A DNA stretch of 64,000 nucleotides from an uncultured Pelagibacteraceae bacterium (lineage in GTDB: Bacteria; Pseudomonadota; Alphaproteobacteria; Pelagibacterales; AG-422-B15), in NCBI GenBank assembly GCA_902570675.1, contig CACFYZ010000004.1, positions 8,755-72,754 of the forward strand, read 5' to 3'. The notes beneath the pieces are model-generated. The model had not been told where the DNA came from and did not search any database. It saw only the letters and a program-made list of their open reading frames with translations. Shown here one piece after another: positions 19,017-26,419 of this stretch. Made by a program: the position numbers and the translations under genes. How positions within the stretch are numbered: position 1 is the stretch's first letter; each line of letters opens with the position of its first letter.

Positions 19017-19772
19017 TTAGAGCAGCACACTACCTCCATCTACCATAAGAGTTTGACCTGTTACAAACTTACTTTGATCACTTGCCAAATATAAAATTGT
19101 TCCATAGATATCATCAACTTCTAAAGTCTTCTGTAGTATTTGGCCTTTTGAGATTACTTCAAAGCCTCTCTCAGCTTTTTCACCCAAAAATTCTTTTGCA
19201 GATTCTGTTCGTACCATTGAGGGGGCAACTGCATTTACACGAATGTTATCTTTTCCCATTTCTCTTGCCATTACTCTAGTAAGCCCTATAACAGCAGCTT
19301 TTGAAGTTGCGTAATCTGCGGCGTATGGCATTCCAAATTTTGCAGCTAATGAAGCAATATTTATAATCGAGCCATTTTTATTTTTTCTCATAATTGGTGA
19401 AACAGCTTTGCAGCAATTCCATAACCCTTTCACATTCACATTCATTGCTTTATCCCACTGATTAGGGTCGATATCTTCAAATCTAGAACTCTTAAGCGCA
19501 CCGTAAAGTGCGGCATTGTTTACAATCACATCAATCGTGCCAAATTTTTCAACTGCTTTCTGCATCATCGAATTACACGATTCAAGGTCAGTAACGTCAA
19601 GTGTCAAGTTTAAATAATTTTTTGAAATTTCTCCTATCTTGAGTTCAGTATCTGAACAATCAGAAATATCTGCAAAAACTATACTGGCACCCGCTTTTGC
19701 AAATTCGATTGAATATTTTTGTCCCAAACCTCGGGCTGCCCCTGTAACAATAATTACTTTATCTTTAACCAT
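19017..19772 (-). CDS. Short-chain dehydrogenase/reductase (classical SDR)
   Basis: TGAARGLG cofactor motif, NNAA, and YATSK catalytic Tyr-Lys. Confidence 0.85.
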   Translation of the reverse strand: MVKDKVIIVTGAARGLGQKYSIEFAKAGASIVFADISDCSDTELKIGEISKNYLNLTLDVTDLESCNSMMQKAVEKFGTIDVIVNNAALYGALKSSRFEDIDPNQWDKAMNVNVKGLWNCCKAVSPIMRKNKNGSIINIASLAAKFGMPYAADYATSKAAVIGLTRVMAREMGKDNIRVNAVAPSMVRTESAKEFLGEKAERGFEVISKGQILQKTLEVDDIYGTILYLASDQSKFVTGQTLMVDGGSVLL

Positions 19773-20289
19773 TTATAGAGTCTAACTCCTCTTGACTCAT
19801 TTCATATAGAATTTTTTTGATGATATTATATGAAAAACCAGCTCTTGACAAAACCCCAAGTTCTTTATTTTTAATTTGATCAGTTAATTCCTTTTTTCTG
19901 TAAGGCCCAATTGATTTTTTCTTTGCTAGCCTCGAAGCTGCAATTAAGTCAAAATTCTTGTTTAAATCCTGAGCTTCTTTAAGGCAATCTACTATTATAT
20001 TATCTTTAACATCAAGTTCTTTTAACTTAAATTCTATTTTTCTTAAGGACCAGCCTTTGTTTAAATAATTTCTAATCTTACTTTCTGAAAAAAATTTGTC
20101 ATCGAGTATTTTTTGATTTTCTAATGACTCAATGATTGAATTAATTATATTATCTGAATTAGTATTTAAATAGCTATTTTGAACTTTACGTTTTAAATAT
20201 TTTCTAAGATTTTCTGAGCTCGATGCATATCTCTGCAAATACCAAAGAGCCTTCGACTCAATTTCAGTATAGTGCGTCTTATTTTCCAT
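19765..20289 (-). CDS. recX: RecX-like regulatory protein
   Basis: 174-aa helical-repeat ORF. ALWYLQRYASSSENLRKYLKRK resembles the RecX N-terminal repeat. The call is weaker because there is no recA neighbour. Confidence 0.6.
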   Translation of the reverse strand: MENKTHYTEIESKALWYLQRYASSSENLRKYLKRKVQNSYLNTNSDNIINSIIESLENQKILDDKFFSESKIRNYLNKGWSLRKIEFKLKELDVKDNIIVDCLKEAQDLNKNFDLIAASRLAKKKSIGPYRKKELTDQIKNKELGVLSRAGFSYNIIKKILYEMSQEELDSING

Positions 20290-21418
20290 CTATTAAATTT
20301 GCAATTTCTTTTGCAGCCATTATGCTTGGGTTTTTCTCCAATTTTAATTTATTTATGGCATCTACTGAGTGTGACATGACATTGTCTATATAAATAGGGT
20401 CTTGAATGTATTTATTAAGATAGTGGATAATATTTTCTTTTTTACATTCATTTTGAATAAGTTCTGGAATTATCATTTTATTTTGTATGATATTAACAAG
20501 GTTGCCCATTTTTATTTTCATTATAAATTGAAGTATCAAATAAGTTAAAAAATTGAACTTATATGCAGTTACATATGGGGTCTTAAAATATGAAAGTTCA
20601 AGCGCGGCTGTCCCAGAAGTTACGATAGCAAGTTTTGCTTTAGAATAGTAATTATATTTTATTTTTTCATCATTAATGATACTCACTTCCAAATTACTAT
20701 AATTCTTATTTAAAATTTTATCGGCTATCGAAACCATTTCTGTTGTCAGAGGCATTATCAATTTGAACTTACGTGATAAACTCATTTCAGTAACAGCATC
20801 AAGATAAATAGGTAAAAGTAATTCAACTTCTTTTCTTCTACTTCCAGGTAAAATTAAAAATATATCTTTTTCATTTACTTCATCAATTTCCTCATTTTTA
20901 TAATTTTCTAAATCTACTTCAGTGATTGGATGACCAACAAAAGTTGTAGGTATTTTGTATTGATCAAAAATTTTTTTTTCAAATGGAAGAATGGTAAGTA
21001 AGTGATCTACAGAACTTTTAACAGTATGAATTCGTCCACTTCTCCACGCCCAAACACTCGGGGCAACATAATGTAAAATCTTTATTTTACTATTTTTTGA
21101 TTTGATACGATTTGCAACTCTCAGTGTAAAATCAGGACTATCAACAGTAAAAACAAGATCAGGGTTTAATTCTAATATTTTGTATACAGTTGATTTGATA
21201 ATGTTTTTTATTTTGAATATTTTTGGAATTACCTCTATTAATCCCATCACGTTAATCTCTGAAATATCAAAAAACTTGTTAATTCCCTCTTTCTCGAGGG
21301 CTTTACCGCCAATGCCATGAAGCTCTAAGTCATTACCAGAGAAATTTTTAAACTCTCTAATTGCTGCAGCAGCAAGCTTATCCCCAGACTCCTCACCTGT
21401 TATGACTACAATCTTCAT
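20279..21418 (-). CDS. lpxB: Lipid-A-disaccharide synthase
   Basis: 379-aa ORF with N-terminal ITGEESGDKLAA and GSR motif (ILPGSRRKEV) typical of LpxB. Confidence 0.85.
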   Translation of the reverse strand: MKIVVITGEESGDKLAAAAIREFKNFSGNDLELHGIGGKALEKEGINKFFDISEINVMGLIEVIPKIFKIKNIIKSTVYKILELNPDLVFTVDSPDFTLRVANRIKSKNSKIKILHYVAPSVWAWRSGRIHTVKSSVDHLLTILPFEKKIFDQYKIPTTFVGHPITEVDLENYKNEEIDEVNEKDIFLILPGSRRKEVELLLPIYLDAVTEMSLSRKFKLIMPLTTEMVSIADKILNKNYSNLEVSIINDEKIKYNYYSKAKLAIVTSGTAALELSYFKTPYVTAYKFNFLTYLILQFIMKIKMGNLVNIIQNKMIIPELIQNECKKENIIHYLNKYIQDPIYIDNVMSHSVDAINKLKLEKNPSIMAAKEIANLIDGK

Positions 21419-21459
21419 TTTACTATTTAACTTAATTGTTTATATTTATAACATTATAT

Positions 21460-22047
21460 ATGACTAAACACGTAACTTTTTGCTTTGATTTTGGCAGTCC
21501 CTACTCTTACTTAGCTTATAATAATCTTCAGGTTGTAAGAGATACAGGGGCAGAAATACAAATTATGCCTGTTCTATTGGGCGGAATATTTAAGGCTACA
21601 GGAAATCAACCGCCTGCCAGTGTTCCAAAAAAGGGGGAGTACATGTTCAAGGACATAGTTCGTTGGACTAGAAAACTTGATATCTCCTTTAAAATGAATC
21701 CTTATTTTCCGATTTTAACAGTTCCACATATGAGAGGAGCAGTCTTGGCACAAAAAAATAATATCCTTGAAAAATATATGGAAGCGATGTTTGAGTCAAT
21801 CTGGACAAAAGCGATGAATCTGAATGACCAAGAACTTCTTACTCAGGTGGCAACACAGTCTGGGATGGATGCAAATACTTTTGCAGATGGTATCTCCAGT
21901 GATGAAATAAAAAATCAGCTGAGGGAAAATACTGAATTTGCAATAAATAAAGGTGCTTTTGGTGTGCCTACTTTTTACTCAGATGACGAAATGTTTTGGG
22001 GAATTGACAGTATGAAATTTTTAGTTGAATACCTCAAAAGTAATTAA
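21460..22047 (+). CDS. 2-hydroxychromene-2-carboxylate isomerase / DsbA-like thioredoxin-fold protein
   Basis: FCFDFGSPYSYLA N-terminal motif and FGVPTF near the C-terminus. ATG at 21460 preferred to the TTG at 21436. Confidence 0.75.
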   Translation: MTKHVTFCFDFGSPYSYLAYNNLQVVRDTGAEIQIMPVLLGGIFKATGNQPPASVPKKGEYMFKDIVRWTRKLDISFKMNPYFPILTVPHMRGAVLAQKNNILEKYMEAMFESIWTKAMNLNDQELLTQVATQSGMDANTFADGISSDEIKNQLRENTEFAINKGAFGVPTFYSDDEMFWGIDSMKFLVEYLKSN

Positions 22048-22860
22048 TTATCCATTATCCTCTTCATTATAATTTCTAGCGATAACTGAGGCCAATCCTG
22101 GAAAGTACCGAGCAATATAAAGAGCCATCTTCGTAAAACTCATAAAAGGTAGAATATATGTTTCTCTTTTATTTGTTTCTATCGCTTTGATTATCATATT
22201 AGAAGCTTTATCAACATCCATTCCTTTACTTTCATGTCCCCTGTCATTATTTCCGTAAGGTGTACCATCCTCAGTCAGTGCTTTCATACCAATTTCAGTG
22301 TTTACAAAACCAGGGGCAACAACATTAACATTTATATTATGTTCATATACCTCGGCTCTCAATGAGTCCATAAAACCATGTAAAGCATGCTTTGAAGATG
22401 CGTATACAGATCTTTTTTTAGAGCCAAGTTTGCCAGACAAACTAGTATTGGTAACGATTTGGCCTCGTTTATTTGAAATCATTTGAGGCAATATGCATTT
22501 TGTTAATTTTACAACGGAAAGAAAGTTCAATTTCATTACTTGCTCATAAACAGTAAAATTTGTCTCGTTTGCTGACGAATATGCTGATATGCCTGCATTG
22601 TTAAATAATATGTCTATTGTTCCTACCTGATCAGCTACCTTAGAAACAAGGTCGTCAATGGTGTCAAGTTTTGAGAGATCATGTTCAAAGATGTGGGTTT
22701 TGGTATTTCCACATTCTTTTTTAACTTCTTCTAATTTGTCTCTACTTCTAGCTGTTAAAATTAATTCAGCACCTAATCGAGACAATTTAATAGCAACGTC
22801 CCGACCTATACCAGATGAGGCGCCTGTAACCCATACTCTTTTATTATGAAAATAACTCAT
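22048..22860 (-). CDS. Short-chain dehydrogenase/reductase
   Basis: TGASSGIGR, NNAG and YASSK motifs. Confidence 0.85.
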   Translation of the reverse strand: MSYFHNKRVWVTGASSGIGRDVAIKLSRLGAELILTARSRDKLEEVKKECGNTKTHIFEHDLSKLDTIDDLVSKVADQVGTIDILFNNAGISAYSSANETNFTVYEQVMKLNFLSVVKLTKCILPQMISNKRGQIVTNTSLSGKLGSKKRSVYASSKHALHGFMDSLRAEVYEHNINVNVVAPGFVNTEIGMKALTEDGTPYGNNDRGHESKGMDVDKASNMIIKAIETNKRETYILPFMSFTKMALYIARYFPGLASVIARNYNEEDNG

Positions 22861-22881
22861 AGGATTATATAATTTATCATT

Positions 22882-23355
22882 ATGAAACTCAAAGTAGCAA
22901 GAAATAAAGACAGTGATAAAATAATCAAACTAATACGAAAATGTTTTAAAGATTATAAAAATTGTTATTTGGATGTAGAAAATGACTCACCTGAGCTAAA
23001 AAGAATCTTTACTTACTTTAAGAGTAAAAAGGGCAAATTCTGGATATATCTTAATAGAGATAAGGTAATTGGATGCATGGGATATCTGCCTCACCAAAAA
23101 AATGAAATAGAAATACACAAGCTCTATATAGATCAGAAATTCAGAAAAAGAGGATTGGCCAGAAAGCTTATGATGAAAGTTGAGAAAATTGCAAAAAAAA
23201 CTCAAAAAAAGAAAATAATATTATGGACCGATACAAGATTCAAAGAGGCTCATGCAATGTATAAAAAGCTAACATATAAAAAATTAGCAAAAACTAGAAA
23301 GCTAAATGATATCAGCAATACTACTGAATACTATTTTGAGAAAAAACTTAATTAG
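22882..23355 (+). CDS. GNAT-family N-acetyltransferase
   Basis: 157-aa ORF with acetyl-CoA motif A (DQKFRKRGLARKLM). Confidence 0.8.
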   Translation: MKLKVARNKDSDKIIKLIRKCFKDYKNCYLDVENDSPELKRIFTYFKSKKGKFWIYLNRDKVIGCMGYLPHQKNEIEIHKLYIDQKFRKRGLARKLMMKVEKIAKKTQKKKIILWTDTRFKEAHAMYKKLTYKKLAKTRKLNDISNTTEYYFEKKLN

Positions 23356-24031
23356 CTTTTATTGTTCCTAATTTTTTTTCAGCAAGGCTTACAACTAAAA
23401 CAATTGTAAAATTTATAATTAAATATATTGATCCAGCTACTAAAAATATTTCAACTGGCGCATACGTCTTAGAAATAATTGTACGAGCAATTCCTGTGAT
23501 CTCCATAAGAGTAATAATTGATATTAATGAACTAGCTTTAACCATTAAAATTAATTCATTTCCATAGGCTGGGAGCGCCTGACGAACTGTTATAGGTATT
23601 GTAATGAGTAAAAATGTTTTAAATTTATTTAAACCTAAAGCACTTGATGCTTCCACATAGTTTTTTGAAACTGACAGTATTCCTCCTCTTATTATCTCGG
23701 ATGAATACGCCCCTGTACTGATAGTAAGAGTTAAAATCCCGCACCAATATGGCTCTTTCAATATTGGCCATAAAATACTCTCTCGAACAGAAGAAAATTG
23801 ACCCAAACCATAATAAACAAAATATAGTTGAAGCAGTAATGGTGTTCCTCTTATCAAATAAACAAAATAATAAGCTGGAATTGATAAAGATTTTTTTCCA
23901 GAAATTCTCATTAGTGCTACAAGGATTGCTAAACCTAGACCAAGAATAGTTGATATAGATACAACTTGTAAAGTTAATGGAATGCCATCAATAATTTTGA
24001 AAAAAGACTCATACATTAATTCGACCCTCAT
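23348..24031 (-). CDS. Polar amino acid/opine ABC transporter permease (HisM/OccM-like)
   Basis: 227-aa ORF, 5-6 TM helices, EAA loop (EASSALGLNKFKTFLLITIP). Confidence 0.85.
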   Translation of the reverse strand: MRVELMYESFFKIIDGIPLTLQVVSISTILGLGLAILVALMRISGKKSLSIPAYYFVYLIRGTPLLLQLYFVYYGLGQFSSVRESILWPILKEPYWCGILTLTISTGAYSSEIIRGGILSVSKNYVEASSALGLNKFKTFLLITIPITVRQALPAYGNELILMVKASSLISIITLMEITGIARTIISKTYAPVEIFLVAGSIYLIINFTIVLVVSLAEKKLGTIKAN

Positions 24032-24741
24032 AAAGCCTCCTTTGAAACAAATCCTTTTGAATAATTATTCTCGGCTTTATCAAATAAGATATTTGAAAAC
24101 CTAGTAATTAATAAATAAAGTATTATCGCAGCTGTATAAAATACAAAGGGTTCGTGAGTAGAGCCTGCTGCAATACGCGACTGTCTCATGATTTCAACTA
24201 ACCCAGTAACGCTTATTAAGGCTGTATCTTTAAGTGTGATTTGCCAGACATTGCCAATTCCAGGCAGTGCGATTCTTGCGACTTGAGGAAAAATAATTTT
24301 CCCATACAAACCGTAACCATTTAACCCAAGAGTTTTACCAGCTTCAAATTGCCCTTTTTGAACTGAGTTTACTGCTCCTCTGATGACTTCTGTGGAATAT
24401 GCTCCTGAAATTGCTCCAACAGCAACAGTGCCAATAGTGAATGCATTTAGTTCTATATATCCATTATAGCCAAAAATCTTAGCCAAATACATTACCGCTC
24501 CACTACCTCCAAAAAAAAGAAGATAAATTACTAAAAGCTCAGGTATACCTCGAATGATAGTTGTATAAATATTGGCAATAACTCTAAGTACAAAAATATT
24601 TGAGAGTTTACAAGTTGCAAAAATTATTCCTATTACAATACCTAAAATTAGCGAAGACGCACTAACGAGTACTGTCATAAGAGCCCCCATGAGCATTTCA
24701 TCTCCCCATCCAGATGATCCAAAAGCAAAAACTTCAAACAT
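24028..24741 (-). CDS. Polar amino acid/opine ABC transporter permease (HisQ/OccQ-like)
   Basis: 237-aa ORF with EAA loop (EAGKTLGLNGYGLYGKIIFPQ). It overlaps the next permease gene by 4 nt. Confidence 0.85.
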   Translation of the reverse strand: MFEVFAFGSSGWGDEMLMGALMTVLVSASSLILGIVIGIIFATCKLSNIFVLRVIANIYTTIIRGIPELLVIYLLFFGGSGAVMYLAKIFGYNGYIELNAFTIGTVAVGAISGAYSTEVIRGAVNSVQKGQFEAGKTLGLNGYGLYGKIIFPQVARIALPGIGNVWQITLKDTALISVTGLVEIMRQSRIAAGSTHEPFVFYTAAIILYLLITRFSNILFDKAENNYSKGFVSKEAL

Positions 24742-24760
24742 ATGTATTTATATTCAAATA

Positions 24761-24795
24761 AAAAAAAACGGCTGATTAATAATCAGCCGTTTTTT
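24761..24795 (-). terminator. Strong intrinsic terminator between the binding-protein gene and the permease genes
   Basis: CGGCTGATT/AATCAGCCG form a 9-bp stem (24769-24789) flanked by A8 and T6 on the plus strand. On the minus strand the stem is followed by a U-run. Only about 20 nt remain before the permease ATG. Confidence 0.7.
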
Positions 24796-24815
24796 ATGAT
24801 CTATTAATTTCAAAA

Positions 24816-25649
24816 TTACGGAGCTAAGTCTTTCCCAAACCACTGCATAGATATTGCAGAAATAGTACCATCTGCTGCGGCCTCTGTTATAGCTGCGTCA
24901 AACATTGCTTTTAAATCAGGATTATCTTGTCTAATTCCTGCACCAACTCCTTCACCTAATAAACCTCCAAATACATTAGGGCCGAAAGTAACAACGTTAG
25001 ATCCTCCTGAAGTTTCCATAAATGCTTCGGCTGTGCCAACATCACAAAGCATTGCATCTATTCTCCCAGCTGCCAGATCAAGATTCATTTCATCTTGTGT
25101 AGGGTAAACTTTAAGGTTTGAGTCTAAATACTCATTTGCAAAATCCTCATGGATGGTTGCAACTGTGACACCAATATTCATTCCTTTCATTGCATTATTT
25201 AAAGCACTTATCGTTCCTGATGTTGCACTACTATCATCATCTAAGTTAAGGTTTTTAGCAGATGTAAAAGTGCTCAATGGTGAACTATTTAATGCAAAAA
25301 AGCGTGCAGGTTCCGTCATATAAGCTTTTGAAAAACTAATTGTTTTTTTTCTTTCATCGGTCACTGACATGCCCGCCATGATAACATCGTATTTACCATT
25401 AACCAATGCTGGTATAATTCCATCCCAATCCTGCTGAACAAATTCACATTCAGCATTCATTCTTGCGCATAGGTCTCTGGCAAGATCAAGCTCAGCACCA
25501 ACTAGATTTCCTGATGCATCAGTAAAGTTCCAAGGTTCGTAAGCTCCTTCAGTTCCAATTCTAATTTTTGACCAATGACCGTCAGCAAATGCCATTGAAG
25601 ATATGGCGCTTATTGCCAATCCAATTAATAATAATTTTAATTTTTTCAC
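24816..25649 (-). CDS. Periplasmic substrate-binding protein, family 3 (Lys/Arg/Orn/His/octopine type)
   Basis: 277-aa ORF with signal peptide MKKLKLLLIGLAISAISSMAFA. It has a GTEGAYEPWNF and DVIMAGMSVT(D)ERKK SBP_bac_3 pattern. GTG start with GGAGG 7 nt upstream. Confidence 0.85.
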   Translation of the reverse strand: MKKLKLLLIGLAISAISSMAFADGHWSKIRIGTEGAYEPWNFTDASGNLVGAELDLARDLCARMNAECEFVQQDWDGIIPALVNGKYDVIMAGMSVTDERKKTISFSKAYMTEPARFFALNSSPLSTFTSAKNLNLDDDSSATSGTISALNNAMKGMNIGVTVATIHEDFANEYLDSNLKVYPTQDEMNLDLAAGRIDAMLCDVGTAEAFMETSGGSNVVTFGPNVFGGLLGEGVGAGIRQDNPDLKAMFDAAITEAAADGTISAISMQWFGKDLAP

Positions 25650-25732
25650 TTAAATTCCTCCAAATTGAAATAAATAAGGGAATAGGTTCTAACAAAAATG
25701 GGAAATGAGCAAGAAAAATGTTATTTTCTCAG

Positions 25733-25960
25733 TTATTTATTAACTCGGTTCCAAAGATAAATTACAATCGCAACTGATATGATTCCAACCACTCCTTCAC
25801 TACCAAGTCGATTTACTAGGTCAACAATGTTGCCTGTAATGTTTTTTCCTAAAAAAGGGGATGAAGGACCGAATAGCACTTCTAAAATAATTGCAATTGC
25901 AATTAGTAATAGACCAAAATCAATTATTTCACGTAATATTTGCTTTATTCTGGATAACAT
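25733..25960 (-). CDS. Small two-helix membrane protein, paralogue B (unknown family)
   Basis: 75-aa ORF with two hydrophobic helices around a conserved loop PFLGKNITGNIVDLVNRLG. It shares 27 identical positions with the upstream 71-aa ORF in my hand alignment. Confidence 0.5.
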   Translation of the reverse strand: MLSRIKQILREIIDFGLLLIAIAIILEVLFGPSSPFLGKNITGNIVDLVNRLGSEGVVGIISVAIVIYLWNRVNK

Positions 25961-25970
25961 TGATATTTTA

Positions 25971-26002
25971 TTCCACTTCCCGCATTTATGCGGAAAGTGG
26001 AA
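25971..26002 (-). promoter_or_regulatory. Near-perfect 14-bp hairpin between the two small membrane protein genes
   Basis: TTCCACTTCCCGCA (25971-25984) and TGCGGAAAGTGGAA (25989-26002) pair at 13 of 14 positions around a 4-nt loop. It ends 10 nt upstream of the paralogue B ATG, and no U-run follows. Confidence 0.6.
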
Positions 26003-26011
26003 TTCTACACA

Positions 26012-26227
26012 TTATTCTCTGAATAGCCAAAGAATTACGCCAACAGCAACTAGTCCCACAATACCTGCGTTACCAAGCTGATTGACAAGAGAAACAATAT
26101 TGCTTGCAATATTGCCAACAAACGGAATGCTGCCGCCACTAAGTAATCCAACAACGATACCTAGCGCCAACAATGATAGACCTAAACTAGTTAGAGCCTT
26201 AATCGCATTTTGGGCATTTCTAATCAT
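26012..26227 (-). CDS. Small two-helix membrane protein, paralogue A (unknown family)
   Basis: 71-aa ORF preceded by AGGGGGA 8 nt upstream of the ATG. Gly-zipper-like helices (GIVVGLLSGG; GIVGLVAVGV). Confidence 0.55.
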   Translation of the reverse strand: MIRNAQNAIKALTSLGLSLLALGIVVGLLSGGSIPFVGNIASNIVSLVNQLGNAGIVGLVAVGVILWLFRE

Positions 26228-26419
26228 AACTTTTTCCCCCTGTTATGTTAAATTGCATTTTGTACCATATTTGGTACATGTCGCATCATTACAGTCAAAA
26301 TATTGTAAAACAAGAAACTTTTTATCGTCTAACTAATTGAAATTAATGAATTTTTTTATGAACCATCTAAATAGTTGCAAATCTGCAACAAAAAAGAGGT
26401 CTGTAATTGTATTTTGATT

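Noticed and set aside
22882-23355. GNAT gene considered as a TacT/ItaT-type toxin
   Set aside because: There is no upstream RHH/DUF1778 antitoxin ORF. Only 21 nt separate it from a divergent SDR gene. The RHH gene in the window is 26 kb away and coupled to uvrD.
25779-26336. Two plus-strand ORFs (100 and 84 aa) opposite the small membrane protein genes
   Set aside because: The minus-strand ORFs are mutually paralogous, with 27 identities, and the first has a good SD. The plus-strand frames are Pro/Ser/Thr-rich mirror translations with no paralogy signal of their own.
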